64,000 nt of DNA, taken from a virus. The notes beneath the pieces are model-generated. The model was not told the origin of the DNA and made no database searches. It saw only the letters and a list, made by a program, of their open reading frames with translations. The translations under genes and the position numbers were made by a program. Below, piece by piece: positions 19,304 through 27,638 of the stretch. Numbering within the stretch: the first letter of the stretch is position 1; every line of letters begins with the position of its first letter. The DNA lies in the IMG/VR virus record IMGVR_UViG_3300010885_072825, positions 64,001-128,000 of that record. One strand, given 5' to 3'.

Positions 19304-20077
19304 TTATCGTACCCAGCTGGGAGGCGGTTGACATCCAGATGAACTACCATTTCCTGGGAATGGATTGGGAATCGTGGGAGAATTTTTTGTCCTAAGCTGT
19401 ATACCCATCTTCCGTAAATTTTCTGCTGTGTCATAATAAATGATCATTAGACTGTCTGCTGTTGTGGTATTGTATCTGACAAAGTTCACTTCTTGTGTTA
19501 TGTGATCAACAGCATTACCAAAAGCTGTTCCCACTTTTAATTGTGAGCAATTGTTGGTGGTAACAGTTGAAACTGTACTACGTAGATAAGAGTCGTGATG
19601 TGATGCAGCACTAATTAATATTGGTGTAGCAATATTAGAATGAAGATTTGCTGAATAACCGGCATAATTTGATAATGGTGTTGCATTTGAGTTCTCACCA
19701 AATACCATACACCCAATTACTCCTGTGTTAGCAACCGTACCGCCAATCTGATTTACATAGGAATTTGATTTTTTAGAGAAATAAAATTCTGCTGCTTCTC
19801 GGTTATTAAGTCTCCAGCCCGGTATTTCCATGCTTTGATTGGGTGATAACACATAACCTCTGCTGTGGATACCTGCCGGTAACCCATCAAGTATATCTAG
19901 TCCATCCACGCTTACGATGAACTGGGCACGTCGCCAATCATTGTTTTTTAGATAGATAGTGTACTTACTGCCTTCTCGTCCTTCAATCCAAATATTACCA
20001 TTGTGGAGGTATTCATCAGCAGCAGCACGACCATTTGGACGTATTTGCATTTCATATAGTGCGCCAGTATTAAACAT
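19304..20077 (-). CDS. Hypothetical beta-rich protein, partner of the vWA gene
   Basis: IEGREGSKYTI...VSVDGLDILDG...GYV...IPGWR...GVIG; ATG 20077 overlaps the vWA stop. Confidence 0.65.
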   Translation of the reverse strand: MFNTGALYEMQIRPNGRAAADEYLHNGNIWIEGREGSKYTIYLKNNDWRRAQFIVSVDGLDILDGLPAGIHSRGYVLSPNQSMEIPGWRLNNREAAEFYFSKKSNSYVNQIGGTVANTGVIGCMVFGENSNATPLSNYAGYSANLHSNIATPILISAASHHDSYLRSTVSTVTTNNCSQLKVGTAFGNAVDHITQEVNFVRYNTTTADSLMIIYYDTAENLRKMGIQLRTKNSPTIPNPFPGNGSSSGCQPPPSWVR

Positions 20078-20867
20078 GATTTGTGCCTCGCTTTTTAGAA
20101 CCACGAACTTTGACAGATGTAGTTGTTACCACATCTGCAACTGAATCAGACCATCCTGATGTTGCAGCACCTGAAGCATATATGGTTTGGGTATTCATAC
20201 CAGCAAATTTTGCACCACGCATTGCCGTAGTACTGGAACTCACTGAATTCATAGTCTTAATCATGTCAGAAGTACTATAAGATACGGTGTTGTGAGATCC
20301 CATGCCATAAGCAGATCCCACGCTGAATGCATCAATATTAGCTCCCAAGAAGATGAATGAATAATCAGCAGCTTCGCCTGCTGCCACCATTTCTTTGATT
20401 TGAGCATTGGTATATTTTTGACTAGCGTTTTCTTCACCATCTGTCATGATCACCACAATCACACCTGGACGTTCCAATTCAGGTACTGATCGAAGTACTT
20501 CATCTATATTTTGAATAGCAGACCCAATGGCATCATTCAAATTGGTCCCACCACCTGGTTGATAGTCACGAGTAGTTAATGGCTCTACCAATTCAATTGG
20601 TTTATTTTTATAAAGTGTGTGAATATGAGGTGCATTCAGCTTAGTGACTGTAAGATACGCTCGTCCGGCGCCTTCGGTGCGTTTTTGTCCATCAACAAAT
20701 TCATTGAATCCTGCGATAGTGCTGGCTTGAGCATGAGCCATGCTGCCGCTTTCATCTAAAATAATGCTGATTAATGTTCCGTTATTGGATGCTTTGGCAA
20801 ATTCCCATTTTTTATCTGCGGGGAACGCATTTGGTAGATCATTCAGAGCTGTAGTGTATGTTTTCAT
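20070..20867 (-). CDS. vWA domain protein
   Basis: MIDAS ILDESGSM, GGTNLNDAIG, IMTDGEENAS, FIFLGANID. Confidence 0.88.
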   Translation of the reverse strand: MKTYTTALNDLPNAFPADKKWEFAKASNNGTLISIILDESGSMAHAQASTIAGFNEFVDGQKRTEGAGRAYLTVTKLNAPHIHTLYKNKPIELVEPLTTRDYQPGGGTNLNDAIGSAIQNIDEVLRSVPELERPGVIVVIMTDGEENASQKYTNAQIKEMVAAGEAADYSFIFLGANIDAFSVGSAYGMGSHNTVSYSTSDMIKTMNSVSSSTTAMRGAKFAGMNTQTIYASGAATSGWSDSVADVVTTTSVKVRGSKKRGTNHV

Positions 20868-20874
20868 TTATTTT

Positions 20875-20963
20875 CCTTCTGAGGTCTTCGCTGCTCAGCA
20901 TCACCGCTGAGACTTCACCGCCTCGTGTGAATCGACCCTATGTCAACTCACATTCTATTTATA
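20875..20963 (-). promoter_or_regulatory. Late promoter TATAAATA (20956-20963) followed by a GC-rich structured 5' leader
   Basis: Hairpin UGUGAGUUGAC/GUCGAUUCACA, then GAGG..CUCAGC/GCUGAG..CCUC before the SD. Confidence 0.55.
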
Positions 20964-21006
20964 ATTTATTGAACTGAATAAAATCAAATTTCAGTAAATA
21001 AAATAA

Positions 21007-21192
21007 TCATTTGATTGCTTGAAATTCAATTTGTCTAATTCCATCACGCATTGGCAAAAAGACCGGCATATTATTGCCTGCTTTGAAGTATTCTTGTTCC
21101 TTGAGTTCTTTTGCAATTTTATCAATATAAAGTTTGGCTTTGTCATCACTAAGATTCCCAACTTCAACATATGCTATCAAAATAGTTTCCAT
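21007..21192 (-). CDS. Small hypothetical protein
   Basis: SD AAGGA; YVEVGNLS motif. Confidence 0.55.
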   Translation of the reverse strand: METILIAYVEVGNLSDDKAKLYIDKIAKELKEQEYFKAGNNMPVFLPMRDGIRQIEFQAIK

Positions 21193-21243
21193 TTAATTCC
21201 TTTTTTAAATTAAATCAAATTATATGCAGCAAATAATTAGAAA

Positions 21244-21867
21244 TCAAATCTGAGGAAATAATATTTGAGTCATGAAAGTTTTAGCAGACTGTTCACCAAT
21301 AATATTTTTCAATGCTCGGAATGTATGTTCATTCTGACGTTGTTTTTCACAATATCTATTTTGACCAATAGTAATTTCAGCAACATCACCTAATTCAGTT
21401 TGTAAAGTAGTCAAATAAGCGGTCAACACTCGCTTAGCTTCGTCTGCTATTAACCGCATTTCTGCTTCATCTGGGCGTGCTGCTATCCAGTGATCACTGA
21501 ATATATCGCCCCATGCTGGTCGTTCACGTTGTTTGACAATTGCAATGTCACTGAATGGTTTGAGTGGTTTGCTATTTGTTGGACTCAAATCTAAGAACAC
21601 ACCAGTGACTTTATTCTCACCCGCAATTACATCAAAGCCAAAGATGGGTGCTGTGTCATTAGCACGTGGAAAAACACAACAGTGAACTACCATAAATCTG
21701 TCTTGGTTGAAAATTTCAATATGTGCTAGACGAAATCGATCACTTGAATATCTATAATTTTCCCAACCCCAGTCTTCAGTTGGTATTTCGGTCAAATTAG
21801 ACTGACTTAATATTATTGCGTGTAATTCTCGAGCCAGGTTATCTAGAAAATGAATATAGTTCATCAT
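21244..21867 (-). CDS. pcyA: Ferredoxin-dependent bilin reductase, PcyA-like
   Basis: FRLAHIE, VHCCVFP, APIFGFDVIAG, FLDLSP, RERPAWGDIFS, QNRYCEKQRQNEHT. Confidence 0.88.
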   Translation of the reverse strand: MMNYIHFLDNLARELHAIILSQSNLTEIPTEDWGWENYRYSSDRFRLAHIEIFNQDRFMVVHCCVFPRANDTAPIFGFDVIAGENKVTGVFLDLSPTNSKPLKPFSDIAIVKQRERPAWGDIFSDHWIAARPDEAEMRLIADEAKRVLTAYLTTLQTELGDVAEITIGQNRYCEKQRQNEHTFRALKNIIGEQSAKTFMTQILFPQI

Positions 21868-22351
21868 AAATCTTTATTATCCATTCGAATGATTTGATTG
21901 CTAGATCGGGATCTATATGTTTGGTATTGTTTCTAATAAAATCAATGGTTCCTGCTCTATCAATATAAGTCAAATAATTCAATTTGATTGGTTGTCGATC
22001 AGCAATAATAGAACCTCCGTAGAGATCTCCCAAATAATGCACATAAATAGGCGCCCAAATATCTTGGTCAGATAAAGTATTCAACCAAGAAATATATGCT
22101 TGAGCGGTTTTTGTTATTTTGCCTGGTGACTTTAGTGTTAATAAATCTTGTGAAATTAAATTCGATCTCATGAGTTCTGTATCGGCAAATAAATCACGTG
22201 CTTCAAAATGACTGTAGATCAAAATTAAATTGTAGAGATGATTGGACCATTCTGTTTTTGTAAGTTCGCCAGCAATCATTAGTTGACTCCAAGCAGTTTT
22301 TTCTGCTTGATGGTGAATATCAGATATAACGTCTTTTATTGATAGTGTCAT
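21839..22351 (-). CDS. Heme oxygenase
   Basis: Proximal His in IHHQAE; distal helix YVHYLGDLYGG; adjacent to the bilin reductase. Confidence 0.85.
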   Translation of the reverse strand: MTLSIKDVISDIHHQAEKTAWSQLMIAGELTKTEWSNHLYNLILIYSHFEARDLFADTELMRSNLISQDLLTLKSPGKITKTAQAYISWLNTLSDQDIWAPIYVHYLGDLYGGSIIADRQPIKLNYLTYIDRAGTIDFIRNNTKHIDPDLAIKSFEWIIKIYDELYSFSR

Positions 22352-22923
22352 TTTTCAGCAATTCGAAGACCCAAGTTATTTAGGGTTTCAAAAAGCGATA
22401 GGATCAACTCGAATTCCTGCTTTTGGTATTTTTCACTTAAATTTTCCCAAGGCATGATCATGGGATGCAGTTTATTCTTTTGATCCAATCGTATACCAAA
22501 ATTCCAACCCGCTTTTACTTTGGATTTCATCCAAGCCGTATGATGTTGTTTTGCAGCAGTTTCAACAATTTCTTTTAGCTTGTTATCATACTTTTCTTTG
22601 ACCTGATGCTTCATTCGAGTCAATTGACTAAAATTGATGATGAAGTTTTTATTCGTGGTCCAAGTTTTAGACCAAGCAGCCGCAATAGAACCAGCTTCAT
22701 GTTCTTGTAGATCTCTGCATAATACAACAACATAATGGGTTTTTCCATTATGTGTTCTATGCACATGAGTTAACATGCGTGGTTTGGAATCAATGAATAT
22801 TTCGGTTGAACTCACTATAGAAGGTGGTCCAACCGTTTCAACCAAGTCATACCAAAGTTGTTTTTCGGCTGGTGAAAGTTTTTCTTTGACAATTAACTCA
22901 ATAAATGGGAATTGATATTTCAT
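22348..22923 (-). CDS. Protein with C-terminal RyR (ryanodine-receptor repeat) domain
   Basis: AAKQHHTAWMKSKVKAGWNFG..LD..NKLHPMIMPWENLSEKYQKQE; late promoter at 22928-22935. Confidence 0.75.
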   Translation of the reverse strand: MKYQFPFIELIVKEKLSPAEKQLWYDLVETVGPPSIVSSTEIFIDSKPRMLTHVHRTHNGKTHYVVVLCRDLQEHEAGSIAAAWSKTWTTNKNFIINFSQLTRMKHQVKEKYDNKLKEIVETAAKQHHTAWMKSKVKAGWNFGIRLDQKNKLHPMIMPWENLSEKYQKQEFELILSLFETLNNLGLRIAEK

Positions 22924-22946
22924 CCCTTATTTATCATTAAGTGTCG

Positions 22947-23390
22947 TTAGTCTTCTTCAACGTCGTCGTCATCAAACTCTTCGTCTGACATTTCACTGGA
23001 AAGCACAAAGCTGATATTGTCTACGTTACTTAGATCAGTTACAAAATTGTTGATTCTGCATACTGACAGTTCAACATCTCCAGACAATTTAAATGCCATG
23101 AATTGTTCTAGTACAAGATTGCCTTGTTCTTCCACATCTTCCACGGTCATTCCAGTAGTATCATTTGCATTGCAAATATGTTCAATATGTTCAGCACCCG
23201 ATTTATAATTGATGATGAATGTCAAACATGGAGGAATTTCTGCCAAGCCATCTCGTGACTTGCCAGATGTCCAACCAGCTTCTACCGCTGCTTGTGCTTC
23301 TTCAAACGTTGAATCAAATTGTTCTCGGTGTTCTTTTACCAGTTTCATTGCTGCAATTGATGAAACCTTATTCGTGTCTTTCATTACCAT
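22947..23390 (-). CDS. Acidic hypothetical protein
   Basis: 147-aa ORF with a D/E-rich tail. Confidence 0.55.
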   Translation of the reverse strand: MVMKDTNKVSSIAAMKLVKEHREQFDSTFEEAQAAVEAGWTSGKSRDGLAEIPPCLTFIINYKSGAEHIEHICNANDTTGMTVEDVEEQGNLVLEQFMAFKLSGDVELSVCRINNFVTDLSNVDNISFVLSSEMSDEEFDDDDVEED

Positions 23391-23608
23391 ACCTTTTTGT
23401 CTCCAGATGCTTCACAGTCATCATACCCTAAATTATATTCTGCAATTTCTTTGTCAGTTAGATCAATAATTTTTTCACCATGATAAGTGCCTTCGGGATA
23501 CCAATGCGGATCTCTTGGACGACCATAGTAACTGTCTGCTGACCCCCGATCATAGAGTGCACCATTTCGGTCTCGGTCAAATTGTGGTAGCATTTGTTTT
23601 CTCTTCAT
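23384..23608 (-). CDS. Small hypothetical phage protein
   Basis: YDRGSADSYYGRPRDPH motif. Confidence 0.6.
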   Translation of the reverse strand: MKRKQMLPQFDRDRNGALYDRGSADSYYGRPRDPHWYPEGTYHGEKIIDLTDKEIAEYNLGYDDCEASGDKKVW

Positions 23609-23619
23609 TTTAAAATTGC

Positions 23620-24123
23620 CTACAGTTTGTCAAATTGCCAATCTTCAGCACGAACCACCAAATCAAACCCTTCTTCGACAGTAGGCGGTTGATAGGTCGT
23701 TGCCATGTTTTTCAGGATATGGCCGGGAATGGTTTTACCAAGCCGGGAATCCAGTACTTGTTGCCAAACAGTGTCTTCCAATGCTGGAAACACTAACGCG
23801 ATCTTAAAATAAGTCGCAGGAATTTTCGACAACTTGGATCGTCTAGCTTTGGCAGATAAATTGGTTTGGTCCCAAAGGATTAGACTTTGATTCTTAACCG
23901 CGTTTTGTAATTTTTCTTCTGCTAGCTGAGTCGCGGTTTTGATATATTCTTCAAACACTGCATCATAAGTCGTGTTTTGTTTGCGAGCATAGATATCAAT
24001 GAACTTGTCAGTTGAAATGAGTGCAATGTCAGAGAATCGATTAGCTAGAGACTGTTCCAACTTCTTGAAAAACGTAGACTTGCCCGTTCCTGGAAGTCCC
24101 ACTGCCATAATCATCAAGTTCAT
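23620..24123 (-). CDS. P-loop kinase (AAA_33, polynucleotide kinase-like)
   Basis: VGLPGTGKST, ISTD, WDQTNLS..AR, P..EEGFD. Confidence 0.8.
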   Translation of the reverse strand: MNLMIMAVGLPGTGKSTFFKKLEQSLANRFSDIALISTDKFIDIYARKQNTTYDAVFEEYIKTATQLAEEKLQNAVKNQSLILWDQTNLSAKARRSKLSKIPATYFKIALVFPALEDTVWQQVLDSRLGKTIPGHILKNMATTYQPPTVEEGFDLVVRAEDWQFDKL

Positions 24124-24169
24124 TGTTTAACCCTTTTGTCTTTTGATTATAACATGATGTTATCAAAAA

Positions 24170-24739
24170 TCAACGCATCTTATAAAAAACATGCAAGCCA
24201 ATTTGACGTGTTTTTTTCAATGAACCATTATGAGACCATTGGGGTTTCACATAGTTAGCATGATAATAGGTTGCGCCTCGAGTCACGTCTGAAACATTGC
24301 CTAGATAAACATTTTCAGCCAATTTGATTGTACGCCGAAACGTTCGTCGATCTCGTATGGGACGATGTGGTTCACACTGCCATGAAAATTGACATACCGT
24401 TTGAGTACGTTGTCGAATCACACTACAAGGTGTACGTCCAAACTTACCATTGTGTATTCGATTGATTACAACGTTATTAACTGCAATAATTCCAAGATCA
24501 CCCTGATCAGCAGCTTCATAATAGGCATTCTCTGCCATACAATATATTTGTTCTCGATCTTTGACGGTTAGGTTTACCGGAACTCGGACCACCACTCGAC
24601 GTTCTACGATCTTTGGTACTTGAACTATTTGTATTCTGGGAGCAGGTTGTGAATGTATCATGCACAACAAAATTATTACTGCACCAACCAGTTTAAAATT
24701 TATGGCCCATAATACATTGTTCAATGTGATAGTTGGCAT
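24170..24739 (-). CDS. SleB-like cell wall hydrolase with N-terminal membrane anchor
   Basis: CMAENAYYEA, VVINR, CQFSW, GATYYHANYVKPQW, IGLHVFY. Confidence 0.88.
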   Translation of the reverse strand: MPTITLNNVLWAINFKLVGAVIILLCMIHSQPAPRIQIVQVPKIVERRVVVRVPVNLTVKDREQIYCMAENAYYEAADQGDLGIIAVNNVVINRIHNGKFGRTPCSVIRQRTQTVCQFSWQCEPHRPIRDRRTFRRTIKLAENVYLGNVSDVTRGATYYHANYVKPQWSHNGSLKKTRQIGLHVFYKMR

Positions 24740-24794
24740 AAGCTTGTGACCACGTTGATTACTGCTTCATAGTTAACGGATTAGCAATCAAATG

Positions 24795-25355
24795 TCAACT
24801 GTTTTTCACATACCCTCTGAAAGTCAAAGAGATTCTAGCTCCGCAAATGAAACTGGCCTTGGGAATGCGATGCAAATGGGTATCTTGCATTCCAGCATGC
24901 ATCAAACACAAACTGCCATGTGGCAACTTGACTTTGGTGATATTTTCAGGACTATTGTCTGCACCAATTTCCTTGAACCAAATTTCTCGTTCTACTCCCA
25001 AACTAATGATGCCAATTGGTCGAGCATCATCCATCTCAGGACTGTTGTCCGAGTGCCATCCCAATTGATCCTTTTGATCCAAATAGCGATTCAAGAAACA
25101 AACTTCGAACACTGCTCCAGTGTGTGCTTCCAATGATTGACGAATCGTCAAAATTTCTGGGTGCCAGGGTTGAACTTGATAGGCACGTCCATGTTCAGGA
25201 GTACCATAGAAATAAGGCTCAGGAAAATCATTGCAGTAGTATTCGCTACGCGGCGTGTTAGAGATCCTTACCCAATCCAATTCCTGATTCAACACAGCAA
25301 AAGAATCCGATGGGTTGGTAATAAAGTCGGGGATCAATGTGATAGGTACGGTCAT
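24795..25355 (-). CDS. alkB: AlkB-family 2OG-Fe(II) dioxygenase
   Basis: LNRY, GWHSD, ISLG..R, HGSL, HLHRIPK, RISLTFR. Confidence 0.88.
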   Translation of the reverse strand: MTVPITLIPDFITNPSDSFAVLNQELDWVRISNTPRSEYYCNDFPEPYFYGTPEHGRAYQVQPWHPEILTIRQSLEAHTGAVFEVCFLNRYLDQKDQLGWHSDNSPEMDDARPIGIISLGVEREIWFKEIGADNSPENITKVKLPHGSLCLMHAGMQDTHLHRIPKASFICGARISLTFRGYVKNS

Positions 25356-25378
25356 CGGATTTTTCTCATCGTTCGTTG

Positions 25379-25753
25379 TTAAATGAATCTATTTCTTGCG
25401 TCTTTCAAATGAGCAGGCAATGCTTCAGCTTCAGTATCATCAAGTTCCCAAAGATTGCAGGTGAACTGTCGTTCAATGATCACAAATTGTTGACCATCCC
25501 ATTCTGCCATAGCCCATTCACGATAGTTATTTACCGGCTTGTCCGTAGGGCAACATTTACGTCTTTGTGATTGAAAGTTCCAATGATCACTAATTCGGAT
25601 ACACCCAATTGGCGTCTTTCCCCAATCTTTTTCACTGTCTTCACAGCTATAGTAGCTTTTTGAATAGGGACTCTTGTGTACCTTATCCCAACTGCGAATG
25701 ATACGCTTAAAGTCTCGAGGAACTTGCCAAGCGATTTGCATGATCAAATGCAT
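25379..25753 (-). CDS. Hypothetical protein
   Basis: KSPYSKSYY...IRISDHWNF motif. Confidence 0.55.
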   Translation of the reverse strand: MHLIMQIAWQVPRDFKRIIRSWDKVHKSPYSKSYYSCEDSEKDWGKTPIGCIRISDHWNFQSQRRKCCPTDKPVNNYREWAMAEWDGQQFVIIERQFTCNLWELDDTEAEALPAHLKDARNRFI

Positions 25754-25944
25754 TCTGAAGTGGGTACAGCCTTAAACCAATAGCGTCCCTTCTTAGCACC
25801 CACGATATGACCACCAGCAACGGCTTGGTAACGTGCCTTTTTGATTGCATCAGACTTGGACGTCGCCGTTACGTAGAATGGGATACCACCCTTTTCATCC
25901 CATGCAGGATATTGAAAGGTCATTGTAACTTCATATTCGGTCAT
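25744..25944 (-). CDS. Small hypothetical protein
   Basis: SD GGGAG; TTGACA promoter ending at ~25998. Confidence 0.6.
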   Translation of the reverse strand: MTEYEVTMTFQYPAWDEKGGIPFYVTATSKSDAIKKARYQAVAGGHIVGAKKGRYWFKAVPTSECI

Positions 25945-26006
25945 GCTGCGCTCTCCCGTTGCATGCGTGTATACTAGCAGAATCTAATTCATTGTCAATA
26001 CCTAGT

Positions 26007-26279
26007 TCAATTCCAATTCACGGTTTTCGAAGTGGTGCAATTGTAAATAAACACCGCTGCGGATTTGCTTGAACACCAAATTTTATCAGTACAGTTTGGA
26101 TCTTCAACTTTTGTGATTCGAACAAAATACTCTGCATTCTTAAAGTCATAACTCAGTTGCTTTTGAGTTTCGCCATCTTCGGTGAACGATTCAGCAAGAA
26201 GAATAGGTTCCATTTCATCCAGGTCATTCTCTGAAATATGAAATTGATCCAAAGTAGTCATTTTGTTGTCTCCCAACAA
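26007..26279 (-). CDS. Small hypothetical protein
   Basis: SD GGGAG before the internal ATG (MTTLDQ); TTGACA promoter at ~26320-26325. Confidence 0.55.
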   Translation of the reverse strand: MLGDNKMTTLDQFHISENDLDEMEPILLAESFTEDGETQKQLSYDFKNAEYFVRITKVEDPNCTDKIWCSSKSAAVFIYNCTTSKTVNWN

Positions 26280-26346
26280 GTATTCTTCAACAATTTGATA
26301 ATAACAACTTTTGATTTTTTGTCAAATGAAAAACATAAATAGTTTT

Positions 26347-26790
26347 ATGAGAATTAGTGACTTGCTTGATACACCCTTGAATGAATCCGATAAAAAAGCT
26401 GATCAAAAAGACCGAGAACAATATAAAAAATGGCGACAACTAGTGAACATGTCGTCAGCAACCTTGTCTAAATTTCTTGAAACTCGAACTGGTGATGAAG
26501 CTGGACTTAAAAAGAAGCAAGCAGCCAAATTGGGAATTGGTACTGGTCATGAAAGTGCGCGCGCAATTTTGCGAATGAGAAAAAAGCCATTTTCTGAATG
26601 GAATGAAACTGATCGCAAATGGATGAATCGACAAATATCATTCATATCTCGGATGTCTGGCAACCCTGGCCCACTGGTGAAAAAAGATGCTGACGGCAAA
26701 AATATACCTACAAGAAAATTAACATCACTTTGGATCTGGGGTCATATTCCAACCGGATATCCGCCCGGCAAGTTTGGTGTTTTTAAATAA
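26347..26790 (+). CDS. DUF3140-like late protein with propeptide-like N-terminus
   Basis: CATAAATA (26334-26341), 5 nt, then ATG; MRISDLLDTPLNES; LVNMS..L..FL...GHESAR.I...SL..WGH. Confidence 0.65.
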   Translation: MRISDLLDTPLNESDKKADQKDREQYKKWRQLVNMSSATLSKFLETRTGDEAGLKKKQAAKLGIGTGHESARAILRMRKKPFSEWNETDRKWMNRQISFISRMSGNPGPLVKKDADGKNIPTRKLTSLWIWGHIPTGYPPGKFGVFK

Positions 26791-27172
26791 ATTCATCTAG
26801 ATCAATATATTGAATTTGTTCAATATGTAATGACTCCATAGCACCTGAACCATAATAATTACTAACTGGATAAAGAAAGAGTTGAATAACTCGTCCCGAA
26901 TCTAAAGTCATCTCAAATGTAGGATTTTTGATCTTAATTCTTTCTTGCCATGGCAATAGTTCATAATGTTTGTGTGACGCTGCAATATAAGGACTTTCAT
27001 CACCTTCACATCTTCCAAAATATCCATTCGAAGTGCCTTCAATTTTGTCTTTGATTTCTTCCAGTGTCTGTTTATTTTTGCTCATTGCCAAAATTCTTAG
27101 ATCACGAAGCGACTCATGATCAGTGCCATTGAAGCTGTAGATATATGTTGTCAATTGATATGCAGTAGCCAT
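26783..27172 (-). CDS. Hypothetical protein
   Basis: SD AGGA, 129 aa. Confidence 0.55.
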   Translation of the reverse strand: MATAYQLTTYIYSFNGTDHESLRDLRILAMSKNKQTLEEIKDKIEGTSNGYFGRCEGDESPYIAASHKHYELLPWQERIKIKNPTFEMTLDSGRVIQLFLYPVSNYYGSGAMESLHIEQIQYIDLDEFI

Positions 27173-27198
27173 TTAAAAATTCCTAAAAAAGTTAAATT

Positions 27199-27456
27199 TT
27201 ACGCTCTGTTGAAGCTTGCACAGATTACACCAGCTGGTAGATGAGTTTCACCAATATATTCTACAATTACGTTTTCTGGATTGGTCCATGAATGATCATC
27301 ACCTCCAATCCAATCAGAACCATCCCATTTAAGAAATATACCATCCGGATGAATCAGTTTCGCAGAATCTGATGTTTCAGCAGCCACAACCGCACAGTCA
27401 TAGCTGTCCCACCATTGGTTTTTCAAAACAGTACGTGAAATAAGAAATAATTTCAT
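27199..27456 (-). CDS. Small hypothetical phage protein
   Basis: WDSYDCAVVAAE...A..IHP...VICASFN; SD GAGGA. Confidence 0.6.
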   Translation of the reverse strand: MKLFLISRTVLKNQWWDSYDCAVVAAETSDSAKLIHPDGIFLKWDGSDWIGGDDHSWTNPENVIVEYIGETHLPAGVICASFNRA

Positions 27457-27638
27457 GTCAAATCCTCAATTAGTTTTGTCTGAGTCTTGAGTTTCATTCA
27501 ATGCGTCTCGGCGGCCATCCAAAAACCCAGCTACATAACCAATAATTGCTGCACTTAATGCCGTGATTACAAGTTCCAAAAACAATGCATTTGAATGTCT
27601 CCTGTTGTGCCGTCATCATAACAGGATTATTGTTTATG

